A program made the translations under genes and the position numbers. From Octopus sinensis (lineage: Eukaryota), in the NCBI RefSeq assembly GCF_006345805.1, contig NC_043015.1:6572001-6636000 (forward strand): 64,000 nt of DNA. Reading direction: 5' to 3'. The notes below the pieces were generated by a model. That model saw only the letters and a list, made by a program, of their open reading frames with translations. It ran no database searches and was not told where the DNA came from. Positions 42,162 through 54,138 of this stretch are shown piece after piece. How positions within the stretch are numbered: position 1 is the stretch's first letter; each line of letters starts with the position of its first letter.

Positions 42162-42324
42162 GTGTTTGTGTCTGTGTGTGTGTGCGTGTGTATCTCTCCC
42201 CACTCTCTCTCACTATGTATATATATACACAAATATGTACATATATATTTATATATACTTGTATATTTTCACGCTTATTTATGCATAGATGCATATATAT
42301 GTATATGTACATATGTATATACAC

Positions 42325-42359
<35 letters not shown>

Positions 42360-42381
42360 TATATAAATATATACACATAAC

Positions 42382-42419
<38 letters not shown>

Positions 42420-42857
42420 CAAATATATATAAATATAGATATGCGTATGTATCTGAAGTGTATATTTTTTATATTATTTTAAGCGAGTGTAATGCTCACG
42501 GCGGAACTAGTATCGACATTAATAAGTATTATGTACATAAAATGACAGAACGAAAAGAAGGAAGTAAACTACAGGAAAATAAACACTTTGATTGATGATT
42601 TATTGACAAACTGAATGATTGATAGATACGAACAAACATTGTGCATGGAATACGTACAGAAATACGTACAGCCACACATACACACACATGTTTAACTCTC
42701 TCTTTACTCCTACAGCGTATATATTTGTGAGTGCGTGTGTGTGTGTCTGCGTTAAGCAGCGACACGTGCATGCGAACATACAAATACACCCATATACCCT
42801 CATACAGACACACTTAGGCAGAAGTAGAAACATCTATTTATGTGTCTAACCATCTTC

Positions 42858-42899
<42 letters not shown>

Positions 42900-43018
42900 A
42901 TGTATAATATATATTGATATATGTAATATATACATATATGTGTATATATATTTATATATATTATATATTATATATATATATAGATATATACAAATGTATA
43001 TATCTATATATGTGTGTT

Positions 43019-43068
<50 letters not shown>

Positions 43069-43211
43069 TAGTGAATAATATGCACAATTGTATAAACGTA
43101 TGCTTATTAATGTGTATATGTACGTAATTAGGTAGATTTATACACACGTATCGATCTCTCTATCTATCTATGTCTCTCTCTCTCTATATATATATATATG
43201 CATATATACAT

Positions 43212-43401
43212 ATCGGGATGGATTCTAAGAATCTTCAGAACAAGGGACCAGGAAACTATTCTGATCCTATGGAGGACATTTCTTCTTAGCCCTTTGGACG
43301 GCTACTCTGAACTGTGGTCACCTTATAGTATCAGACTAAGAGCGGAACTTGAGGCGGGTCAGCGATGCTATATAAGGAAGATTACGTCAATGGAACAGTG
43401 A
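43212..43401 (+). mobile_element. CR1-clade LINE RT C-terminal fragment
   Basis: GWILRIFRTRDQETILILWRTFLLSPLDGYSELWSPYSIRLRAELEAGQRCYIRKI (cf. LxxxxxSLVxPxLDYCSxxWSP...LExVQRRxTK). Confidence 0.85.
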
Positions 43402-43404
43402 AAA

Positions 43405-43980
43405 CCTCATTAAAATGTAAGTACAACAGACTTGATCTGATGATTTGAGATAGAGAAGAGAAACTGTGCACAGTTGTAGAAATTAGCTACCCATCAGATG
43501 TTAACATAAAGCTGATGATCAGAGAGAAAGAGAACATTTATGCTGAACTATTGCGAAATCTGCAGTTACTCTATCACGATGACAAATTCATAGTTATACC
43601 TGTAATTATTGGGGCCCTTGGATATGTAACACACTGACTAAATACCAATCCTGAGAATTAAGCTTCTCAAAACCTGGAAGGAGAAAGTGAATTCGAAGCA
43701 TATAGATCCAACCCATCAATGGAACCGTAAAAATCTGTAAAACTTTCCAGAAGTTTAACTTTTAAGTAAGTATATATGAGCATGCCAGATACGCAAGTAT
43801 ATGCATAGAATGCATATATAAAACAAAATATACATATTTGGTCAAATACATACATAAACACATACATACATACACTGAAAGAAACAAAAAGCTGTTGAAA
43901 TTCCAATGAAGGAGCCTGGGATCTGGATTAGAAACCGGTTCTTTCTCTATTGGCAGGAAATCTTGAAATAAACTGAATGA
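43405..43980 (+). mobile_element. R4/Dong-like (restriction-like endonuclease) LINE 3' fragment with probable 3'UTR
   Basis: KCKYNRLDLMI*DREEKLCTVVEISYPSDVNIK...EKENIYAELLRNLQLLYHDDKFIVIPVIIGALGYV matches the RLE motif HNRPD(x)nE(I/V)SxP..K..KY..IPxxxGALG. The end is placed near GAAATAAACTGAAT. Confidence 0.75.
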
Positions 43981-44242
43981 CATACATCCATACATACACA
44001 CGACTGTTTTACGTCTATCATCTTTTCTTGAGATACTTTAGGTCATTTGAAACAAGAACCTTCTGAAGCACGTTCAACTCGTTCCAGCGTTTGACACGTT
44101 CATCTTAAATATTTGTCGCGTACTTTGTTATTCGGTAAATGTGAATCGTATAGATTTCTGCTCTACACTTTAAGAAATATCAAAAATATAACCAAAAATT
44201 CACGTCATTAGCCAGCCCTGTTTTTGTATCTATTTATTGTTC

Positions 44243-44625
44243 ACTAGCAGTATCGCCCGGCGTTGCTCAGGTTTGTAAGGGAAATAACTATAAAGCATTT
44301 GTAGAGAGTTATAGCCAAAAAATAGCAAAAAAATGGAAAAAAATGATGGTAAATTTTTTGAGAGTTAAAAAGGTGGAGTTGCGTCCCCTAGACAGTTTGT
44401 GGTTTGTGTTTCTGATTCTCGACCCCATGTCGAATTTAGCGATATTTTTCAGAACTGGGTGAACTTTTCAAAATTTTCGCTGCGTTAGTTTTGAATTATG
44501 ACATTGGGCTATGTGTGTGTCAAGTTTCATCAGAATCGGTTGAAAGCCGTGGTCAGGGTGAGGGTACAAGCAAACAGACACACAGAAACACGCACAGACA
44601 AACTGCCGTTTATATAGAGAGAGAT
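44243..44625 (+). mobile_element. Near-intact HINE/DINE-1-like non-autonomous Helentron element
   Basis: 5' ACTAGCAGTATCGCCCGGCGTTGCTCAGG, subterminal AAGTTTCATCAGAATCGG, ACAG-type microsatellite, 3' TTTATATAGAGAGAGAT. Confidence 0.7.
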
Positions 44626-44788
44626 GATACTCTTGCCCTCCTTCAATGCTTCCCTTATTAATGTTGTCTCATCCAGGTTTATTGAGTAACGTAGTGTGTT
44701 CAGTCAACTTGTAGATAAATATTTATTTTTACACAGTCACACACACATACATACATACACACACACATACATACATACATACATACAT

Positions 44789-44821
<33 letters not shown>

Positions 44822-44824
44822 CTA

Positions 44825-45058
44825 TTTACTCTGTCTTTACTGTGTTACTTGTTTCAGCCATTTGGGTGTGTCCATGCTGGAGCACCACTTTTAGTCGAGC
44901 AAATCGACCCCAGGGCTTATTCTTTGTAAACCTAGAACTTATTATGACTGTCTCTTTTGCCGAACCGCTTAGCTACGGGGGCGTAAACACACCAGCATCA
45001 AACGATGTTGGGGGGACAAACAGACGCACAAACATATGAACACACACACACACACACA

Positions 45059-45097
<39 letters not shown>

Positions 45098-45235
45098 CAT
45101 ATATACTTCTTTCAGTTTCCGTCTACCAAATTCACTCACAATGCTTTGGTCGGCCCGAGGCTATAGTAGAAGGCACTTGCCCAAGGTGGTTCGGGTTCGT
45201 AAGGAAGCTACTTACTACACAGCTACTCCTATGCC
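44825..45235 (-). mobile_element. SINE family A with short deletion in the head
   Basis: Tail CCATGCTGGAGCACC, CA/TA linker, head CACTTGCCCAAGGTG. Confidence 0.88.
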
Positions 45236-46414
45236 TAAATATATATACACACATATTATATATATATTTTGAATATTAGATATATATATATATGCGCATG
45301 TGTATGTGTGGGTGGGTGCTTGTGTGTTTCCTACACTGTTCTACAGTATGCGCCCTTGATACACGTATACACATTTTCTTTAACCTCTAGTGTGGATTTA
45401 TCATACATTTCTAGCAATAATCAAAAAGCATTCCAGTGAAAGCAAAATATTCTTCTTTTCATTCGAAACTTTGTTTATCTCGGCCTAAACCATACGAATA
45501 GAAAATCTAACCTCTATTTCTAGCTGATCGAACGAGTCTATAGAGGACTATTTGTTGGTTTATTCAATAATTTGTTTATTTCTAAAGTGGAAGTCGGTAT
45601 TTGTACAATATACCCCAAATGAATATGCAGCCTGCAGTTATTCTTGAGTATCATCATGTTATGATTTAACAAGAAACCTCAGCATAATCAAAACTGATTA
45701 CATATTAGATCAAACTTGAGTTCACTGCCTTCGAGAATTTCACTGATATTTGTTCATATTTTACTCTCTCTCTCGCTCTTCCTCGCTCTCTCTCTCTCTT
45801 CCCCAATCCTACTTTCTGTTTTCCTGCATGCTCCATGTTATGTTCCTCTTTTGCGATTAATCATTATTTACCGAGCTACCAGTCTGAATACATTTATTCG
45901 AGTGTGTGTGCGTGTGTATTTCTGTGTTTGTATGCGTATGGTTATGTGTATGTATGGGAGTTCTGTGTGTGCCCACACATACGTACATGCATATATATTA
46001 TATTTTATCTTCATATATACATATATGAATTTATGTTTAAATAGATATCTACATTTATTTCACACACACACACACATATATATACACATACACACTATGC
46101 ACACTCACGACACGCATTAATAAGCGCATACAAATATATTGCATAAATATATGAATATATGTGCGTATGTGTGTGCACATACACACGACTACTCTCTCTC
46201 TCTCTCTCTCTCTGTATATATATATATATATGCACGAGTGAAGTGTATTTTTCTATTTTTGTATATATAACAGTAGTCTATGATCGTGTAGTCTGGTCTA
46301 ATGAGACTTTTGAAAAATGTACTAGATAAATGTATCTTATACACACAAACGCACGCACACACTAACGCGCCTTCACGTACACACATTCGCACACACACGC
46401 ACGCGCATACACAC

Positions 46415-46446
46415 AATCTGTGGAGATAAAATTATCTCCACAGATT
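46415..46446. repeat. Perfect palindrome, 15-bp arms with 2-nt spacer
   Basis: AATCTGTGGAGATAA-AA-TTATCTCCACAGATT. Confidence 0.97.
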
Positions 46447-46856
46447 TTCTATTGGGTTCAGAGCGAGTTCATAGGATGGATGTGGTGCTGATGATAGCGC
46501 ATTGACTCTCGAAATATGGATATACACCGATTACTTATTATTTCTATGCTTCTATTTTCGATTATACCGTTTGGATTGACGTATTCGTATACAAAGTAGT
46601 GTAACATTCAGTCCTGGCTCTAAACCAATTAGAAAATATGTAGAGATAATGTTAATCAGGAAACAAAACTCACTGCTAACACGAAAGAATATCATTGGTT
46701 GCGAAAGTAAATACAGTGTTCTGGCTTGCAATTTGTATACATACATATAAATATATATGCATATATCTATCTATCTATATATATATACAAAAATATATAT
46801 ATGTGTGTGTGTCTATGCATGTATATACATTTGCATATATTATATATATATATATA

Positions 46857-46999
46857 TAAAACATTATTGGTGAATTGAAGAAATGGAGCTGAACGCAGAT
46901 TGAACAGAAATCCTTTCGAAACACGTGTAGAATGAAATAAAACGATTTCTGTTCAATCTGCGTTCAGCTCCATTTCTTCAATTCACCAATAATGTTTTA
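46857..46999. repeat. Perfect 56-bp inverted repeat with 31-nt spacer
   Basis: 46857-46912 is the exact reverse complement of 46944-46999. Spacer is CTTTCGAAACACGTGTAGAATGAAATAAAAC. Confidence 0.97.
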
Positions 47000-47191
47000 A
47001 TTTCAATTATCCGCACCAACGCACGGTTGCAACGCCAGATGGTTTGTACCTCCAACCGTGCTGTTCACTGCTGTGATTTTTGCTACTAAGGTATCGTTAA
47101 ACTTTTGATTAATCTACTACAAGATTATCATCTTCTATTTCACATAATATATATTATATATATATATATATACATGTATATACACACATAG

Positions 47192-47232
<41 letters not shown>

Positions 47233-47329
47233 TACACATACACACACACAACAACACACACAACACACACACACATATATATGTATATATACACATATAT
47301 GTATATATACTCATATATGTATATATACT

Positions 47330-47658
47330 CATTTACTTGTTTCAGTCGCTTGACTGCGACCATGCTGGACCACCCCCCTAAATTGTTTTAGCCGAACAAT
47401 CGATCACAGGACTTATTCTCTGTGAGCCTAGTGCCGCTAAGTTACGGGTACTTATCGGTTATCAAGCGATGGCGAGGGGACAAACACAAACGCATAAATA
47501 TATACTTTCAGTGTCCGTCTACCAAGTCCATCTACAAGTCTTTGGTCAGCCCGAGGTTATAGTAAAAAGTAATTGCCCAAGGGGAATTCAGTGGGACTGA
47601 ACCTGTGCCCATGTTATTGAGAAGCAAGGTTCTCACCACACAGCCATTCCTGCGCCTG
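47330..47658 (-). mobile_element. SINE family A, diverged
   Basis: TTACTTGTTTCAGTCGCTTGACTGCGACCATGCTGG...CCACACAGCCATTCCTGCGCCT. Confidence 0.85.
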
Positions 47659-49149
47659 AATATATATTACTTGGAAAACTTTAAGAGAGCGTTTAAATAT
47701 TGGGTTCTAATTTTGGTACACGGCTAGGATTTTCGCGAGAGAGATGAGCTCATGCCATTTAAAGAAATTATGATGTTTGTGAAGATATGTGGGATGGGAA
47801 AAGAGGTAATTCCGCGAGTGCTTGTGCGCATGTGCAAGTGTGAGCATGAGTGTGTAGTTTAGGTTAAATACAGTTTGAGTTAGATTACTTTCTTTAAATT
47901 TTTTTATGAAATTATAATAGAGAGGTGATTTTAAACAGAAATCTTTGTGCTTGTGACAAATCCTTTAAAATACAAATAACAAAGTCTATTCCGAAGGCGT
48001 GATTCTTCTGGTTTTTTAAATCTGATTTGCATATAGATTTTACGTTAAAACCCAGTTTGTACAACGTGAATTAGCAATTATTTTACTTTGAAGCCAATTT
48101 TTAAGTTGTTATACTCGACTCTAAACCTAAATAAAGGCAAGAGTAAATTTGTTTGACTTTTCCATTATTAATTTCCTCTTTGTTTTGATATCTTATGTAT
48201 ATATTTACATATATTGTAGGAAACATTAAATGCAATTAACTTTTGATAGTATCCTTTATGTAGCTTTTGTCTTAAATATATTAAATATTCCTTTCTCATC
48301 TAAGCCTCATTAAATTCTAATTTTGTTTGTATTATGGAATATCGTAATGTTGTGCATCAATGAAAACACTATTTTTTAAACCCTAAATTAGATTCTCTAA
48401 TCCGCTTAATTAAAAAACGAGGAACCCGTATATTTCATATTATTTTATCCTCTTAGGACGGGATATTCTGCATTCTACGAATAATAGGTTTTATAAAAAC
48501 TGGCATGATTTCAAACAATATACGGATGATTTTTCAGTTAAAAATTAAATTATTAATTAAAATAGGAAATTTTATTTATTTTTCTAAAACAATGTAATCT
48601 CAGCTCAGCAATAGCTCTGAATTAATTAATATACAAATATTGATTAAAATATGAACCTTTAATTTTTTTTAGGAAAACCTATCAAATATCGTCTTAACAC
48701 TAGCTTGTATTTTGATTGATATTGAATGGTTTCTGTTACGAATGCACCCGTTAATTTCCAGATATAATTGGTCAGATTTCTAATCTTTTAAGCCCTTAGA
48801 GTAATACTCTAAACCGGATATCTTACACCAACCTTCCAAAATCAAACACTAGTTAGTCAGATTTGTTTTGGCAAAATAATAACAAACTGCATTTCCTCCC
48901 AAACATCATACGTGTTACATAAACACATTTCTGTCGAATATTATTGATTCTCTATTTGTCTGTAACAGAAAATAAAAATACAACTATAATCAGTACTCTT
49001 TAAACTAAATATGAATATACCACTTATATGAGGAGATACGCAGATATTTTTTCATAGCTGTTTCAAATAATCTGTGGACGGTTTCTTTTAAAATGCATAC
49101 TATGTTAGTAGGAGCAACCATCATCAAGTTCATTTAAGTGTTGCAACCA

Positions 49150-49290
49150 GTGGTTGGAGTGACACTGTATAGGCTATGGCAGTCAGCTGTCGTCATTGGT
49201 CTCCATTCTCTGCCTAGCGTTTTAGGGTCACGTTCTTGTGACTTATCCATTCCCCGTTGAATTGCCTGCTTGCTTCTATTTCACCCTACC
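49150..49290 (-). mobile_element. Possible RTE LINE extreme 3' remnant
   Basis: Minus-strand reading GREWRPMTTADC resembles the RTE terminal DRxxWRxxxA motif. Short and degenerate. Confidence 0.3.
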
Positions 49291-49354
49291 ACAACGGAAT
49301 AATGGATTTGGATAGGAAATAAGAATAATACTAAGGCAATATTATTCGTAGCAT

Positions 49355-49529
49355 ATAGGCGTAGGAGTGGCTGTGTAGCAAGTAGTTTGCTTGAGAACCA
49401 CATGATTCCTGGTTCCGTCCCACTGCATGGCACCTTGGGCAAGTGTCTTCTACTATAGCCTCGGGCCGACCAAAGCCGTGTGAGTGGATTTGGTAGACGG
49501 AAACTGAAAGAAGCCCGTCGTATATATAT

Positions 49530-49572
<43 letters not shown>

Positions 49573-49798
49573 GTGTATGTATTGTGTGTATACATTACTG
49601 TGTCTGTGTTTGTCCCCCTCCAACATCGCTTGACAACTGATGCCGGTGTGTTTACGTCCCGTAACTTAGCGCTTCGGCAAAAGAGACCGATAGAATAAGT
49701 ACTAAGCTTACAAAGAATAAGTCCTGGGCTCGATTCGCTGGACTAAAGGCGGTGCTCCAGCATGGCCACAATCAAATGACTGAAACAAGTAAAAGAAT
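49355..49798 (+). mobile_element. Full-length SINE family A (young-looking)
   Basis: All modules present and close to the other copies. Tail AGGCGGTGCTCCAGCATGGCCACAATCAAATGACTGAAACAAGTAAAAGAAT. Confidence 0.93.
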
Positions 49799-50964
49799 TC
49801 CAGTGATGGATCGGATCTTTCTTCTTTCTGCTTTTGATGTATGTATGTATGTATGTATGTATGTATGTTTGTATGTATGTACGTATGTATGTATGTAAGC
49901 ATGAATGAGAAATTACGACAGACACAAATTCATATTATTAGTTTCTACGTTTCATTATTAGCGCTGCTTTGACACCATCATTTCAAAGATATTGAAAGTC
50001 CACAACGGTTTATGCAGAATGGTTTATGGTATTAATTTACGAAGAACTAAAGCTATTAGTTTTCTGTTAGTTAATGCGATAAAGCGTTCCTTAATTATCC
50101 CTTCTGGTTAAGCATCCAAATACACTCGGAAAATCCAGTGCAGGATTCCTAGTAACCATGATGGTGAAACGCAGGAACTAATAATATAAAATTGTTTATC
50201 GCTGTTTGTCTCACATTCGCTCTATATTTCGTAACTAATAATACTGTTAAGTATATTAGTTGCTTAACCACTATAATGGAAGTTGGCTCGACTATGATAA
50301 ACTATGTGGTGCAATAAGCTTAACAGTAGAAGGCGTACTTCGCCTTGTACACAGAAGATGCACTACACAATCTATATGCTCATGCACAAAAGTTCACTTG
50401 TGCGAATAATTATGATTGTATTCATATATGTATAGATGTATTCCTTTCTGTCTGTCTGTCTGTATGTACGCATGTGTGAGTATATGCATCTATGTGAATG
50501 TTTGAACGTCCATAAATGTTCATGTGTATTTGTACTTATCTAGCTCATTAAACATACATTGCGTGCGTGCATTTGTACTCTAAGAGAAACAATGATAGAA
50601 TTGTAATCGTGACTGTGGAAGTGGAGATGTTGATACTGACGGAGGCTAGAAGAAGCGGGGAAATTGTTATGATTGAATGGTTGAACTAATCACTGAAATG
50701 ATGGATAGCTGGACTGAATGGATGGTTAGGTGATGGCGAATTGTATTCATATTTCTCCTCTTACACACATCCTCCTCTTACTACACCTCTTCAATAAATT
50801 TCAATCATTAGCATTTAAACGTGTGTTGCTAGTCGTGCTGATTTCTTTTTTTTTTCTCTTTTAAAGTGAGTTTTTGTTGCTGCCGGTGTGTCTGTGTTGG
50901 TACGCCTTTTAATTTGTATTTGATATTGTTCTGGTTTAGGGTTATTGCTCTTTTCTACTGTTTA

Positions 50965-50995
50965 AAAGTAGTAGTAGCAGCAGCAGTAACAGTAA

Positions 50996-51032
<37 letters not shown>

Positions 51033-51197
51033 CGATGTAGTAGCAGTAGTAGTAGTAGTAGTAGTAGTAGCAGCAGCAGCAGCAGTAATAGTAGTCGTAG
51101 TAGTAGCAGCAGCAGTAATAGTAGTCGTAGTAGTAGTAGTAATAGTAGTAGTAATAGTAGGCATAGTAGTAGTAGCAGCAGTATTTGCAGTAATAGT

Positions 51198-51238
<41 letters not shown>

Positions 51239-51278
51239 TACTAGTAGTAGTAATGATAGTGATGATGATGAAGATGAT
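50965..51278. repeat. (TAG)n/(CAG)n/(GAT)n compound microsatellite
   Basis: Directly visible. Source of the poly-V/A and poly-T ORFs. Confidence 0.97.
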
Positions 51279-51282
51279 ACTC

Positions 51283-51462
51283 CTTTTTAATATTGGCACA
51301 AAGCCTGAAATTTGGGGAGAGGGGTTTAAGTTGATTGTATTGATCCCAATACTCAACTGGCACTAAATTTATCGACCCAGAAATGATGAAAGGCGAAGTC
51401 TACTTTCGTAGAATTTGAACTCAGAATGTAACGGCAGACGGAATACCGCTAAGCATTTCGAA
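51283..51462 (-). mobile_element. Family B2 SINE, head-truncated
   Basis: ATTGGCACAAAGCC..CTCAACTGG..GATGAAAGGCGAAGTC..GAATTTGAACTCAGAA. Confidence 0.85.
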
Positions 51463-52175
51463 ATTTGAAAAAAAAAAAACAGAAATTGTTTTCATCATCG
51501 TATCTAAAACGATGACTTCAAATTGAAAATGAAGCCTGGAGTTATTTCTACGCAGCAGCCTCAAATATAAAATTGAAATTTAAAAAGTAATGCTTTCTCC
51601 TTTATTATCGGATTCCTTTTATTAAGTGCAATAGTATTTATCTCCCTTGCTAACTTGACCAATGAATGTAATCTAACGTCACTAATATGGTTTTTTCCTG
51701 GTAATTTTATCCAAACGTTTTGTTGCTATTTATTCTTTTGAAAGTACGTGTTAAGTGCCAATTTATGGCTGTATCGTGTAATTTTCAATTCACTTAGAAA
51801 CATTCTTTTACGTATGAATTAAAATGGATTGAGAGAGCTTAAATATCTTATCGGTAAACGCAAGATATTTTCTAATAAAACTGCTGAGAATGTTCATAGT
51901 TCATATTGAATCCATGACATTCTACACTGCATGATGTTTTCCGCTCTAGAATATCCTCGATCACTGACTTAAATGTCGAACGTCGAGTAGTCTAACATCT
52001 TAAGTACAGTGGACGGACAAATGTTTAAAATTCCATGCCTTATTTTATCCAAATATGTTGAATTTATCAATGCAAAATGTTGCTGTTGCTATTGTATTTG
52101 TAGTTGCTCTTTTTGTTCTTCAATCTTCAACGAACAGAATTACAGTAAAGTGCATTGAAAACTTTTTCTACCTAG

Positions 52176-52229
52176 GTTTCTCTTGGATTGCAACTGTCTT
52201 CAAAGTCTTGCCATTCAATATTTTATGAG
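52176..52229 (+). other. Candidate 54-nt exon
   Basis: Acceptor TTTTTCTACCTAG and donor GAG|GTATGA. Two frames are open (VSLGLQLSSKSCHSIFYE or FLLDCNCLQSLAIQYFM). No homology recognised. Confidence 0.22.
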
Positions 52230-53494
52230 GTATGAATACCAAATTTGAGGAAATGGTACTGGTATATTTGTTTGCTCGCTTTTGTGTCTTAAAAGTACCA
52301 ACATAGATGTTCACAGGTTGGCTTCATGAAGGTTAATTTTCAAACCAAAACTTTTGAAATGCGCGATGATCATTTAAGTAAATCCCAATATCTCAATATA
52401 CATGTGTTTTAAGCATTTGAGAAGACCGAAATGATTTATTCCTCTTGAATCACCATTTAGGAATATTTCATTTACACTGCGAACTGAGATATTACACACA
52501 GTCAATGAATCTACATTAAGTTCACTTCTTTTACACAACAGTCGAGCCTTGATCCTTTGTTTATCATAAGAGCAGTTATGGGCATCTTGAGCACTTGGCT
52601 AGATCTTATCAAATTGACCTGTTATCGTAAACAATCTAATCCCGAACATTTCGTATTTTATACACACAGAATGTGTCTCTTACTCTGTTATGTAATGTGT
52701 TTCAATTTCTTAATAGATGAGAAGCTATTTTGATAAAAGTCTTATAGCTATTTCTTGTAGAACGAGAATTTAAGACACAAGTCCAAAAATTAAATGTGAA
52801 AGAACAGGTGATTAAATCATTCACACTACAAATTACTGTTTACAGGTATCGAAGCCAGAATTATAAAAGTAGATATCTTTACACTAGAAAGGTGTTAAAA
52901 ACTTTACAGTTTTACAAAATACAAGGAACATGTAACAACTGTAATATTGATTACTTGTAATCACCATAGTTGAGATATGCTTTGCGACAAAACTTGTCCC
53001 TGACAGTTGATCAGTGGAATTGTCAAAGCAGTTTTTCACATTTTTGTTTCATTTTACACCTGCGACTATAATATAGCGAATACTTATCGAAAATTGATTT
53101 TACCAACGGAAATTCTCGCCAATAGTGGTGGTGGTAGTATGTAGATACATACTTCTTTGATTATATATTCTTGATGGCAACCTATTCTCTACAGAAGTTC
53201 CTAGTAAACTTACGCGATTAACCCTGGTTTATAGAAGGCTTATATAGAAAACAAGCATGGTGGACATATACTGCCGATACGTCGCGAAAATCCATTGGTC
53301 CGTTTTAATCACTGTTTCATTGTTATTTCTGTCGTTTTTGCCATGATTGATTTGTAGACGAAGCAATGAACATATGACCAAAGAAAAGTCGAGCTGTAGA
53401 TAACATCTCTATTTGTATATCTAAAACTATATTGTCCAACTTGCTCCTTCATTTTAGAGACGCTGAAATCTTTGTTTTTTTTTGTTTGTATCAG

Positions 53495-53506
53495 CAGGAG
53501 AGTTTC
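53495..53506 (+). other. Candidate 12/9-nt microexon
   Basis: Long T tract, then TCAG|CAG|GAGAGTTTC|GTAAGT. Confidence 0.25.
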
Positions 53507-54051
53507 GTAAGTCTCTTTATTGATTCATATCAACTGATAAAGAGATGAGTTGAAATCACCACAAATCAAACGAAGCTAGTACTTCATAACTATTTACGAC
53601 ATTTTTTTTTTATATTACAAAGATCAATGTGTTCATTTTAGCTTTATATAAGCTAAGTCGATAAAATATGAACCATGATTATTATTTGGGTGACGAAATC
53701 ATCAACGTTTTACATTTCAAAAATGACCATAAGAGAATTATTAACACATGAAAACAAGGCATTTGTGTGAGAAGAAAAACATTTTCAGTGCTCTCGTATG
53801 AATGTGGTGATAAAGAAACTAAATATGTTTAACAATATTTCGAAGTGAAATATAAATGATCACTGGGTGTGATTTTGTTACATCATGGTGTCTTTCTATT
53901 ATTGATTACTAGTATAAACACACAGCTTTATGTGACGCTGACATATTCATGATCATAAAATGTAATTATATGATGAATACACATGGAGGTATATTTGAAC
54001 GTTACTTTGCTATATGTACATGAGTAGAAGTATATACGTATTTGTACACAT

Positions 54052-54138
<87 letters not shown>

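Noticed and set aside
43905-43945. CCAATGAAGGAGCC...AGAAACCGG hammerhead-like layout in the R4-like 3'UTR
   Set aside because: The CUGANGA core is not present and stem II does not pair convincingly.
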